The notes beneath the pieces were generated by a model. The model did not search any database, was not told the DNA's origin, and was given only the letters and a program-made list of their open reading frames with translations. A stretch of DNA of 43,502 nt, the filler included, from Jimgerdemannia flammicorona (lineage: Eukaryota): NCBI GenBank assembly GCA_003990765.1. It is 2 parts of 2 records of this genome, joined end to end, with 100 filler letters (N's around TTAATTAATTAA, not from the genome) between each part and the next. Parts side by side here need not be neighbours in the genome. Positions count along the whole stretch, not along the records: positions 21,807 to 43,502 come from RBNJ01001409.1; 1 more part is not named here. One strand, written 5' to 3'. Below are positions 24,879 to 37,300 of the stretch, one piece after another. Both the position numbers and the translations under genes were made by a program. Each line of letters opens with the position of its first letter. The first letter of the stretch is position 1.

Positions 24879-25341
24879 TGATAATTATGATCAGGCAACT
24901 TGTGGCGCGTAGGAAAAGGAATCCTCTGAAGAGCCAGTGGATTTGGGTTGCATTATTCGTCCTCTAATTTGAAGAATGTATGGAATCACAGAGATGATGT
25001 CGTTGTGACATTGGTTTCTACAGTATCCCGTGAAAGATCAGGTACAGAGAGACAACGACAATAGCTTATGGTGTCACAGGCGGTGTCTTCCCAAAGTCCA
25101 TTACAACGAGCAGAGGTTACGCGGAAATACGAGCCGGGGGAGGGCATCTATTTACAATTCGTCCGACTCAAATGTGAACATACGAATGCGGGATTGCATG
25201 TTGCTGACCGGACCTTCCGTGTGACTGATCCACCTTTTTTCGTGGCTGAACATCTTTGAATATTTATTTTTTGTGACCCTTTGCTAAAGTTTGAAACCTA
25301 ACACTGTTAAACTATGGCTATATTATAGTATACGTAGTAAA

Positions 25342-28300
25342 TTACATTTTATCATACTTCTTCTTACGCAAAGCCCTCGATGCGCCGGAGTGGGCCGCAT
25401 GCGCGTTTGCCGCAGATGTAGATCGTGCTGCCAGACGACTGGCCAATTTCTGCAAAATATCGTTACGGAAATTTTGAGCACCGTCTCGCAGAGAAACAGA
25501 CTCAGTCCCAATTCAATAAAACTTACCTCTAATTTCTTGGCAATGAAACAATACGTTGCGTGCGTATGGGAGACTAGCAACAACTGCGGAAAATTGAATT
25601 CTACAACCTCGCACAGCTTTTCTTTTGCTTCCGTGGGGAGGTTCAAAATCGGCCAGAATTTTGAAGGATCTTCCGCAATGTGGTAAAATAGCTGTTCATC
25701 AACTCGAATATTACCCTGGGCAACAGACAGATATCGAATCACGAACCGCTTCAGCGCTGTTGCAAAGGCCTGCGCCGGGATCTTGCCTGAGGTCTGGCTT
25801 TGAGTTGAGATTGGCAAGGACGATACGGCATGAGGTTCAACGCCAAAGTCAAGTGCATCGCTCAACTCCCTTTCCACGTTGGGGGGGAGAGCCAGCTTAT
25901 ACTTTTGCTCCAGATACTCCATCGTGACGGCGGACACTATATCTTCAACAAGTTCGTACAGTCCCACAATGTGCTTGAGTTGCAACCTTGCCAACTCAGT
26001 CGTCTGAAATTCTTTCCCGAGCAAGATCGACTGCTTGATCCACTGCTGCAAGTAGGCGATGAGCATCGTTGATGCACCGGTGGACGTTCCACTAGACGAA
26101 GCCATGAGCCGGATGTCGGACTTCGCCACGGTCCCGGTTCTTTTGATGAAAGATAGGAGCAACTCAAGGGCTGACAAAACCTCGGAAGCGCGGTTGCTCA
26201 ACAGGATGTCCGTTTGCAATGCGGTAGCGATGTCCACCGGAACTGACTCCTGCGGGACAATCGCCGCAACCTCGTTCAGAATACCAACGCAGCTGTGGAA
26301 CAGCTCGAGATGGTAAGCGAAGGGCTCCCATTCGAACTCTAAATGGGCTTTTTCAAAGACTAATTCGTGCCCAAGCTCGAGTTCGATCTTGTCCAGGTCG
26401 TAGACAAACTCGCCGCCTATCCCCAACTCCAAGTTCCGCTGGGAGTATTGAAGAATCTCGGGGTCCCATTCGTACGTAATTATTTGCGATGAACGCGCCT
26501 CCATGACGCGAACCGACCGAGCGTAGTGTATTCTGTCGTCCGCGGAGATGAGTTTCCGAGTTACTCCGCGTCGTTTTCTGGAACTGCCATGAAGACCGCT
26601 GCCGTCTTCCATAGATTTGAGAGCACGCGATCCACCAGCGTTGGTCATGGTCTGGGTCAGGAATTCGTTTTGAATGTTGACAAAATGTTCCAAGATGGCT
26701 AGGAGGTATATGGATTCATCCTTTTCTTCCATTACCGCGAATACGATTGATAGATCAAGATTCATTCTAACAATCGGCGCAGTCTCGAAACTATGGCATT
26801 GATAGCTACATATATAAAAATCAAGCTAAGGTTAGAAATATATACAGGAGCAACCACTTGCAGTGCTTTTGTACCGTACGCAAAAGTGCAGATATATAAA
26901 TTTTCAACTAACCGTGTTACGTTGGTCCTGACGGCATTCCAAGCACGGGCGAATCCATCAAAGATTAACAGCAACGCCCGCTGATCATCCTGCTGCTCGA
27001 TGAATTCACGGAAAGTCATGTTGCGTGCTGCTTGGCGTTTTAACCGATAAGCGAGTCTTGCAGAGACAACATGTACAAACTTGGTAATATCAATCAAATA
27101 TTGCAAGCTGCCCAAACGCTCGCGATGCTCGAAAAAGATCGCTAGGAACGGGTATTGCTCCTGCCGGACGGGGTCGCTCCAGTAATAGGCTCGGAAGCTG
27201 TCAAAGCTGACGTCGTCAATGCGACGCCAAAGCCGCGGGAAATGCGTATCAATGTATTCTGGCGACATCAAGGTCTCCACTTCGTCAATTTCGATCTCTA
27301 ACAACGAGGGAAGGGCTGAGGATCGAATCGTTTTGGAAAATTCTGCGGATGTGTGTTGGATGTTGCCAATCGCCAGAAGAACGCATTGATTACTAAAAGC
27401 TGCTTCCCACTGATCGCGAAGCTCAGCAGTCGCGATGGGAGCTGGCAACTGCAATGACTGTAGATTGACAACGACGGCATGAAGAACGAACGTGAGGGTT
27501 TCGTCATTGCAGTTCAAAATGGTCTTGAGCTGATTCCAATCGTTTTCAATATGGCTGAGACAGTACTGTTGCCAATCCGTCATCGTGGCCATCGATGCCG
27601 GTAGCACGGCGTGTACAAACAGGTGAAGAATTCGATATGCCGCCCGGGATAGCAAACGTACGGAGTGTCCAACATGCCCGCAAGTATTGCCATTGGTCAC
27701 CTCTTCAACAATATAGCCGGCTTGATCTAGCACGGAGACATTGGTAACGGGAGCTACATCCAATCTGCTGTTCCCGATATTGGCAACGTATCTTTCACCG
27801 CCGATTTTACTCCCACACTGTGGACAGATACTCTCTTGCTTAACTTTACCACATTCTCCGACAACATAGCAATATCCGCATTGGCAGGACCATCTGTCGA
27901 AGTCATTATAAAATAAATTACATGCTTACAATTGTTTTCACGTTGTGCTCAGCAAAGAAATGAATTGAGAGAACATACCGGCTCAATTGAGGCATGTCCG
28001 GGCCAATTAGAGCGTTCAACACGACCGATTCCGTATCCGATGGACACGCCAAGATGTATGTGGCCTTGATATCGGACGCATCGTGTAAATACATTGCCAA
28101 CGGCGATGCATCCGGCGCCATCGATGCGTGAAGGGCAATCACGTGGACGAGGACCGACTTCAACTGCAGCATCGGAATCGGCACGTCTCGAGTTACTTGC
28201 AGTAACGGATGGCTGTTTTCCAACAAGCTAAGCCCTACCCTTCTATACACGTCGCTCAAGTTGTACTGATGGTCGCTCAGTTGGGTTTGAATCCACGCGG

Positions 28301-31300
28301 CCGCTCGAATCTCGGCGTCATTCAACTCGCGGGTGGCTTGCTTGAACTGGAACTCCATGGCTAGTGCACCTAAAAACGGTAATTTGACGTTGATATCGCC
28401 AGCGGCTTTGCTGAGCAAGCCTTTCAAAGGCCCTTGAATGTTGTTGTCGGCCAGATTGGCCAAAGCGACACCAACGTCGACGTAGGACGGCAGGAATCGG
28501 AACGGATTGAAAGGCAATCGCGTTTCGTCGGTAGTGGATTTCCACGCCAAGTCGGCCAGCCATGGTAGGCGATGGTGGTGGAGGTTGCAAAACTGCTCCA
28601 CATCTCCCATACTCATCTTGGCGCGCAGGCCCTTGAGAAAATATAAGCGTAGCGATTCGACAATTGGAAGTTTCGAATTTTCACCAAGGATCAATTTGAT
28701 GCCCGAAATCACCTCAACAAGAAACTCTGGTGCTTGGTCGATAGGATTCGCGGTGCTTTCGAGCTCTTCAAATTCATCGAGGTAATGTTTCCAAAAGCCA
28801 GAAACGAACTCTTTCATGTAGGCGACAACAAGTATCGATTGTAATACATCCATCTGTTCAACCGCCAGCATAGTCTTCTTGATGTCGCCTAGCATCTCAC
28901 AAAGCTGATCGAATTCAAGCGCGAAGAATTCCTTTTGAACAACGTCACAAGTCAGAGACGCGATTCGCGAGTTCAACCCAGAAAGTGCCAAACTTTCGTT
29001 GATTGCTTGCATACGTGGGTTGGATTCCATAATTTCATCAAATCTTGATGCTGCCTCTTCAGATTCAGTGTTGTCGAAAGAGGTACTCGCTGGGAGAGAA
29101 ACAGCCAGGTCAATCACAATATCGTAACGTATTTCGTCCTCAGCGCGAAGAATTCGCAGAATGATTGGTCCCAAAAGAGGTGTAGCTGCGCTGTCCTCCG
29201 AAAATATTGACCGATAGAGTTCCACACGGGCTATCGAATCCGAAGGAAGGACATTAAGGCACCGCGAAATAAATGTACGCCACAGTTTACTTCCGCAGTC
29301 GGCATACTCGGGTGGCAACGAGTTGAGAAAAGTCAATATTCTGGAGACGAACAGGTTTGAAAAGGCGTTTTCGAATGACGTCGCCGAACTTGCTTCATTG
29401 GTGTTCAAACCTTCGGTTAGAGCGTTGCAAAATTGCGAGAGAGGGAATGCAAACGGTATCACCAGCATTGATACGAAATCGTTGCAAATGCGTAATAGTT
29501 GGAGCGTCAGGGCTGGGCGAGACGACGGAATCCCGGCACAGAATGACAGTAGGGTAGTCGTATTTTGACACCACCGGTTGATATCTAAGTTGTCATTCGA
29601 GGTCAACAGCGCTCGCAACATCTGGAAGCAAAACGTGTCCACCAACAGCTCCTCAAATGAATCATCGGTCGATGCTGCCGTTATGACTAGGTCCTCCAAC
29701 GTCGCAAAGAGGTCATCCAATGGTACTATCTTCCCGCATGAAGCGATAAGGTCGAGTTCGGAGAGGATTATTGCGCTGTGCTTCCACCACTCAGTATGGA
29801 GGCGGACTGGATCTGAAACGTACTGCTTGATTCGGCCTTTGAGAATGAGTTTGAGGATGCGCTCGTGCTGTAAACCAATATCTGTGCGTTTTTCAGGAAT
29901 GTTTCTGGCAATAAAGTCTTCAAAGTATAACTTCGAGTATTTATGGAAAATCTCGGACTGTAGATGCCGGATGTTATTCCTAACATGCTCAGCAAATTGC
30001 TCGTAATATTCTTCCACAATACTCCTGTAAAGCTCCCCAGTTTCTGGATTCAATTTTGCCTCATCTTCCTTTAGAGCATCAGATTCCTCTTGGTAAAGCT
30101 GGCGGTAGCGATCGATCTGATTTGCGAAATGATTGCTGAACGGAAATCGGAGCCGAATAAGATGTGCTGATGACATCGAGTATGCATCTGGTCCTGGCTC
30201 AGCCAAATCGACAATTTGGACAATTTTCCTGTCTTTCAAAATTTCCTCCCAAAACTGCGCCAAATCATCGTTATTCCTTGTTGACAGTTCGTCAGAATTG
30301 CGGACAACAACGTCATCGTCGAAATACTGTTCATTGAGATCTAGGTATGTCGTGATGGTCGACAATCGTTCCAATGAACAAATGATCTTCGCAACGGGAA
30401 TACGAACAACATGACGAACATGTCGGTCAAGAGCAGTTGGGAAAGACGACGAGAGGAGCAACAGTCGCTTGCTCCTAGCTATTTTTGACTGCCAATCTCC
30501 GTGCTCATACTCGTCCAGCCATTCGTCTACGCGCTGTTGGATTTCGCGAATCAATCCAACACTGTCCGGAAGCTTCTGCATGAGCATTTTCATATGCTTC
30601 AACGCCTCTGCCGACGGGGGATATTTCATAGACACCAAGCACCAAGAGAGTTCTTGCCGGAATATCTCATCAAACGGATAGACTGTATTTATCAATTCGC
30701 GGACACTTCTTTGCAAAAGTTGGGAAAGCGGTCGAGGTTGCTGTTCCAAAGTTTCAATGACGACTTGCTGCCAGCCACAGAGAAAGTCGAAATTGACGGA
30801 ATAAGAACTGATTCCCTTGATGTCACGATGAAGATGGAAAATCATGACAACATGTTTTGGCGAGGAAGTGCCCACTTTGGCCAGATGATCTCGTCGTGCT
30901 TGCTCGATAACCCACTTCGCTAGCCTTGTGCTTCCTTCATTGTCGTTTCGCCCGTCGCATTGCATGATCAACATCTCATCCCCAGAATCGTCAGACCAGA
31001 ACGACTTCACCCTGGACACCAACTGCGCCTCTGATTTGAAGGTAGATAATTTGTCTAACTGGCATCGTAGCATGCCATGTAGGCAAGCATCGATGTCTAT
31101 GTTGATGTTTGAGAAGGTCTTGATCATAATCAATTGGTGGTCGCTTGCGGTGGAAGCAGAATATTTTGAAATAAGTGCGGCAATATGTGATTGGAGATCG
31201 TCGTGCCGCTGCTGATTGAAGAACACATCCTTCCAGTGAGCGACTTCAGACGAATCGATCCTCGCGAGTAATGAGTCTCCGGACCGAACCATCGCATCGG

Positions 31301-34300
31301 AGCACGCGTTACTGATCAAGTCTGCTTTGCAGTGTTCGATGAGAGTCGAGCGATCGTGCATTTCACTGCTGTGATAGATAACCAGGCTTGCCAGAGTTAT
31401 TTGTCTGTCAAATCCAACAAACATATCCTCCACAGTAAAGCTCCCCATTGTGCTTTCCTGTCGGTTTTCGCTATCCAATCCATCACTATCGAGTTGCGAA
31501 GAGTTCTCAGCAGGTGTCGATATACGGTTTGTCCATTCCGTTAGGTCGTCAATGACTACCTTTAGAGATGGCTCTAAGGAAACCTCGAAGGAGACGCGTT
31601 GCTTTTCGAATCGATTGAGCAAAGGCGGGTCCGCGTATTGCACGTCGTTTTCATCCAAGACCAGGATCGAACGGAAACGTGGGTGGACAAAACACATAGG
31701 GTTGGCGTATTCCCCGAGAGCAACACGGCAATAGTATTTGGGATCCTTCTTCGATCCTACGGCCATGTAGTTCTGGTTCCATAAGTCATACAGACTCCCT
31801 AGAGTATAAGGGGTGAATTGAACATTTACGCTGTTATATAAACAGAAAAAAAAAAAAGACATACATGTCACATACCATACAGTATTTCTAAGTTCGTCAA
31901 TATCAAAGGGCGCCCACTCTCTACGCACATCAGAATCTTATTGAGGACACTGTACGAATAATCGTTAGTCATTTTATCGTCCGGGAGCTGGCTGCCGTAA
32001 ATAATCAAAGGGTCCAGTCCTTGTTTCCTCATGACGTGTTCAAGGATCCCAATGACCGAACCACTGTTGCCAATCACCATAAGATGCCGACCTTCGACGG
32101 TATCCTCCAAGTTTGCACTTATAAGATCCTTAATCGGTGGCGCCTGGTACACAATCCGATCACCGGGCATGTTGTACACCACTGGTGAAAAGAAACTCCA
32201 GAGCAATTTGTATTCATCCAATCCCCCAAAATTCCTAGCGAGGGCAAAGTGCAAGTTGCCCGGGTTGAGGCTGTTTTTCTTGCTCAAGCTCTTGACAAAG
32301 GCATAGTAGTCACGTAGGCCATGGAAATTTTTATATCTGTAAATGATAACAGATTAACAATATTATCAGCAATGTGAATCCCGAATTTGACAAGGAATGA
32401 CATTCTAACCCTTGTACTCACTTCTGCGCCTTCTCGTATTCAGTGTACGCTTGAGCAATTGTTTCAAGACGTGATTTAGGAATGTGATCACTGCTGGCCA
32501 TCAGATGTGTCGCGGTGTCAACCAAGTCTTCTAAGCGAAGTTCGGGTCTCTGCACCAATAACGCCCGCGAAGTTTTAGAATGGTCCAGCCTCCAATTCGA
32601 TATCCCAATCACTGAAATGTCCGGGCCTTCCGAAGGGTAGCTTGGTTCCAATAGGTAGTGTAAAACCTTCAGTGGGTTGAAAGGCGATCCCTGTTGACAT
32701 AAAATAAAAAATTAGGTTCTATTTCGTAAGTCGAAGAACTTTCAATAACCCCGATTTTTTTCGAAATGCTAAACGCACCTCCGCAAGGCCAATTTCATCC
32801 AGAAGGACAACGGTCCGAATCGGAAACGATTCTGAATTCATCTCTTGGTATTTGCGAGCCGTTTCGAAAACCTTTGTGATACCTTCGGATGTCGAGGATG
32901 AGCTTCCCTGATGTGGTATAATGTATACCTAGAAGCAATTGTGCTGGTCATTAGTTACGAAATTGCATACTAGAAAGTTTTAGAATACTAAGCGTTACCT
33001 GGGGTAAGGTTCGGAAGTATGGGTCATTAGAGTCTGATCCTTTGAGATTTTGGTGAACCAGGCGAATGGCCAGAGACTTTGAGGATCCTGGGGCTCCGAC
33101 CAAGAAAAGAGGAATTCGCGTTAAGATGCACACAATCATTGCCAAGACATTTTCCAGCAGGGCTTCGTTTGAAGCAGTAGATGGCGGAATTATCATTCTG
33201 TCCACGTAATCCAATTCCTCCTTTTGCAAGATATCTTTGAATTTTTCCTCGGTAACATCCCAGTTATGTTGTTGTAGAAGCTTGCTGATTCTTTGGCGGT
33301 ACAGTTGTCTCAATTGCTGATCGTACAAGCGGAACTGATAGGACAATCCCAAAGCGAGTACCATTGCCTTAACACGGTTGCATTTCGCCTTTGATTTCTC
33401 GATATTTCCCCATCTCTTAACGAAACTGTCCAGAAAGAAGTCGGATAACGCAACGGCTCGTTTGACGTCTCGAAGGCTAACGCTATAAGGTCCATCCACC
33501 TCGCGCATAAATTGTTGAGATTCGAACAGAAGCACCGCAAACAGGGCGCCTAATTCTTTTGTTTTCGTCATTATTTTGATATATGCTTGCTCATCTTGAG
33601 GGAGCAATGATCCGAAATCCCATACATAGTCAAGAGCGATCTCGGGGAGAGGTAGAACTTGGTAGACAAGCGGACTTTTCTCTTCATATCGCTTATTCTG
33701 AACTTGGAGTCCAGCAGTTCCGGCATTCCCGATTCCGTCCGAGCGGAGCCGATAGGGATTACAGGCAGCAAAGAACTACAATAGCCAAAAGTGAATAATT
33801 AATGTATATACGCCCATGCCAATCACTCAATATCAACATGTCCCAAACGCTTTTAAGAACAAATTTCTGCTTACCTTCATGCTTCTGCTCACTGGTCGGC
33901 CCAAAAACATTCTATGGCAGATTATATCAACCACAAACGATAAATGGTTACAAGTGTTTACTTCGTCCCAGAAAACCCACACCGTTCCTTCCGTTGCTTT
34001 TTCTTCAGCTTTTTGCATGAATTGGACGATTTTGTTCTCGGTTATCCCGGCATGCAAATTCATAACCTCGAAATGAGACACCTCGACAACGCGCGACAGA
34101 AAGTGAATTAGACTTGTCTACAAATGATGACAATGAAAAGGTAATAGTGAGGCGACCGATTCGGAGAATTTTCGAGGAGAGCGGTGAGGAAACCGCACGT
34201 TGAAAGGGGCCTCGGCATTCCTCTCTCCTATGTAATGAAAATAGAGAAATCAAACAAACCTTTCCACATCCTGCCTCACCGCAAAGAATTACTGGCACGT

Positions 34301-37300
34301 TGGCTCTCACGCGCAGAAGCATGATTGCCATTTTTAGCAAATTGTCGGCACTGAGTGCATACCTTGGATAATTCAACTGACCGAGACTTGATCGCGCAAG
34401 AGCTTCCAGTTTGGAAAGGAGCTTTTCTGGTGTCAACATGTCGTAATCCTCCAACGCCCAAGCTGGAGCCCCAACCCTGCCGCGATGTGATTGGCTTCGC
34501 AATAGCTCTTCGACGTTTTTGGGTACAAGGGCCCGATTGCGGTATAACGCGCTGATCGTATCAGGATACTGAGACTGAAAGAATACTAGCAAATGGTTGG
34601 AATCAACCCATCCGGTGAGACGCAGATTGTTACCAGTGTTTTTTTGTCCAGGTGCGAGATTGCTTGAGGACCCGGCGCTGGAATTTACGGAAGAGAGAGC
34701 TAATTGCGAAAGTTGCACTGTGCTTGTCGCCACCGAACGTGTCGCGAAATCCTTAGAAACGTCGATTAGGGCAGCCACCAGGGTTGATCGAATATCCTTC
34801 CCTTCTTCGACCATTAAGTTCAAGTTTTTAACCTCAAAGAAGGTACTCTTTGACAATCTAGCCAATTGTTCTGCAAGAACGCGAAGGAAAATATCCAGGA
34901 ATCTGAACGAAGAAATTTCGGCACGATTCTGGAAGAAATACTTTTCCAGCAATTGCCGGCAACGGCTATCCTGTTGCAAAACCAGCTTGTTTTCTGGAAA
35001 CCGAACGTCTTTGCGGTCAAGTAGCTTGCGATCTAATAGGTCCAGATAGCTGCATACGATTTGGATGGCACTGTGGGGTTCCTTGCTAACTATCAATCTG
35101 TTGATATCCCAGTGTATATGCGTTGCAGCTAGAGCATTACAAATCCGGAGCGAATGAGCAAGTTCGTGTCCAGGTGTGGACGCGATCTCAATGAATACAT
35201 TCTTTGTTGGCAGCAACGCAATTGTTTCTTTAGAGCTCATGATTCCCAGAACCAACAATTCAAAAAGGAGCATGTTTAGTTCTGCTGGATTGCGGACGCA
35301 TCCGATATCGATATGCAAGCATTCAAAAGTCCTCAATCGGCATTCCTTCAAGAGGCGAACAAGACTTGCACGTAGGATGTCGTCAGAGAGATGAAGGTTG
35401 CGAGGTGTCTTTCTTTGACCAAAGCTAGCCTCCTTTATATATTCGGTTTTTGACTGACCTGCGAGATCAGATGTAACAACGAGGACATGAGGACATAGTT
35501 TTGTCATAATCGTCTTCATGGATTTAGCCGAAAGCCCGTCGATATTGTGAACATAATCGGCAAATTGATCGAGAATATGCATTCCGCCACGTTCGCGATA
35601 GCATACCAATGCCAGAAGATGCTGAGATTTCCTTTCTGTTCTCGTGGGGGCTGGTAAATTCGAGATTGGTTCAACACCCATAGGTGTTCGTCCACTATTG
35701 CAAGTCGTCGACGATGTCAATGTCCGAATACGCTCGACTAGTCTGTGCTGAAGATCGAAACCCAGTTCCTCCAAATTCGCCATGCAGAACAACACATTAT
35801 TATGGCCGCGAATCGGAGCGCGGAAGCATCTCAACAGAAATAAGTCTACTTCCTCCCACGTTGTTGATGAGCGGCACACATACAGCTGATATGGTTGGAG
35901 ACTAGTGCCATGGGTAGCATACAATTCGAGAATGACATTCGGGACACGCGTCTTGTCGTTACATGCTGCAATAAACAATTGTCCCGGTATTACACATCCA
36001 GCAAGGTCGGTATTCTTGTGTTCTAAAATTCCGCTTAAATTATTGGTAGTATGTTGTTGGGTCAAGTTGCCAAAGATGGCGTCAAGCTGTTCTCCAACAG
36101 CGAGCAGCATGCGCAAGTGACAGTCTTCGCTTGGTAATCCGTAATTCGGCAACCAAACTGATTTTCTTTCGCCATTGCAAATCATCGATAGCTTTTGAAG
36201 ATATTTTTCACCAGAGGAGACAAATTTAAGGAGCATTTCACCTTCGCGCAGAGCATCCTCAGAGCTCTCCTTTTCTCCGAAGAAAAGATCGTACAACTGG
36301 AGGATCTGGCGTCCCCGGAAAAACGTCAAATAATAGCTCTGCGCATGAGCAGCTGATACGATTTCTTGCCACTTGCGAAAACCTTCGGTTAACCGTTGCA
36401 GCAGCAAATCCATCTCGGCAATTGAAGTAACGGAACACCAGAACTCGGCAGCATACGTGAAGTGACCAAGATCGATCAACTTGCTGGCAACAATAATCAC
36501 TTCGTTGGCGGTATCGACTAACTTGACGAATGCCATCATTTTCTCTCGCAAGATATTTGATGCGCTTGTAGCTTTCACTGTCGAAGGTTCTGATCCAGAC
36601 GTACTTGTGACATTCTCATCTATATCCATGGTCATTGCAGCTTTGCCGGTCGAACCGGCAATTAAGAGAGCTCGCCCACGAAGATCATAAAGATCGTTTA
36701 AATTGCAAATGGTTCTCCCGCCTTGTCTGTTTTTGTAGGACATAGAAGTAGCGCAGGCCGATCCGTCTTTGGTGCGTTCGAAAATAAACACACCAATGTC
36801 GACAGCGTTGATGATCCGCTCCTTTGTGACCTCTCCTCGGTTTGTGATGTTGGCATACATGTTCTGAAGCGAGGTTTTGTTGTGGTTACAGAGATGCAAC
36901 TTTGTCGCCAATTGCGGGTTCTTTTCTGTTGCTTGATGAATGTAATTAAGAAGTTGATTGATGGCGGCGTTGCAGGTTTCATCGTCGTCGTCCCCTCCTA
37001 TTTTCTCAAAGTATTCCGCGAGCGGGACGAAGAAGCGCTTGACTTCTATCAGAGAAGAGACGGTGTCCTCCTGTAGAAGCTGCTGATCAGACTGATCCTC
37101 AACCGCATTGATTAGATTTCTGAAGTCTTCAGTCAACACGGTCTTTAGAAATCCAATCAGTTCTCCTGATAGTGCCAATTCTTCGATCAAGCTCCAGCCA
37201 TGAAATGATAGTTTGCTGAAATGCTGGAGCTGCTCCAATTTCTGCAACTCTTTCTCTAAATTCTCAACTTTCTGTTCATCATCGGAAAGCAGGTCGATGT

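Noticed and set aside
31580..36000. Midasin or dynein heavy chain assignment
   Set aside because: No MIDAS/vWA tail or dynein stalk; RNF213-specific motifs, CBM20 and RZ finger are present.
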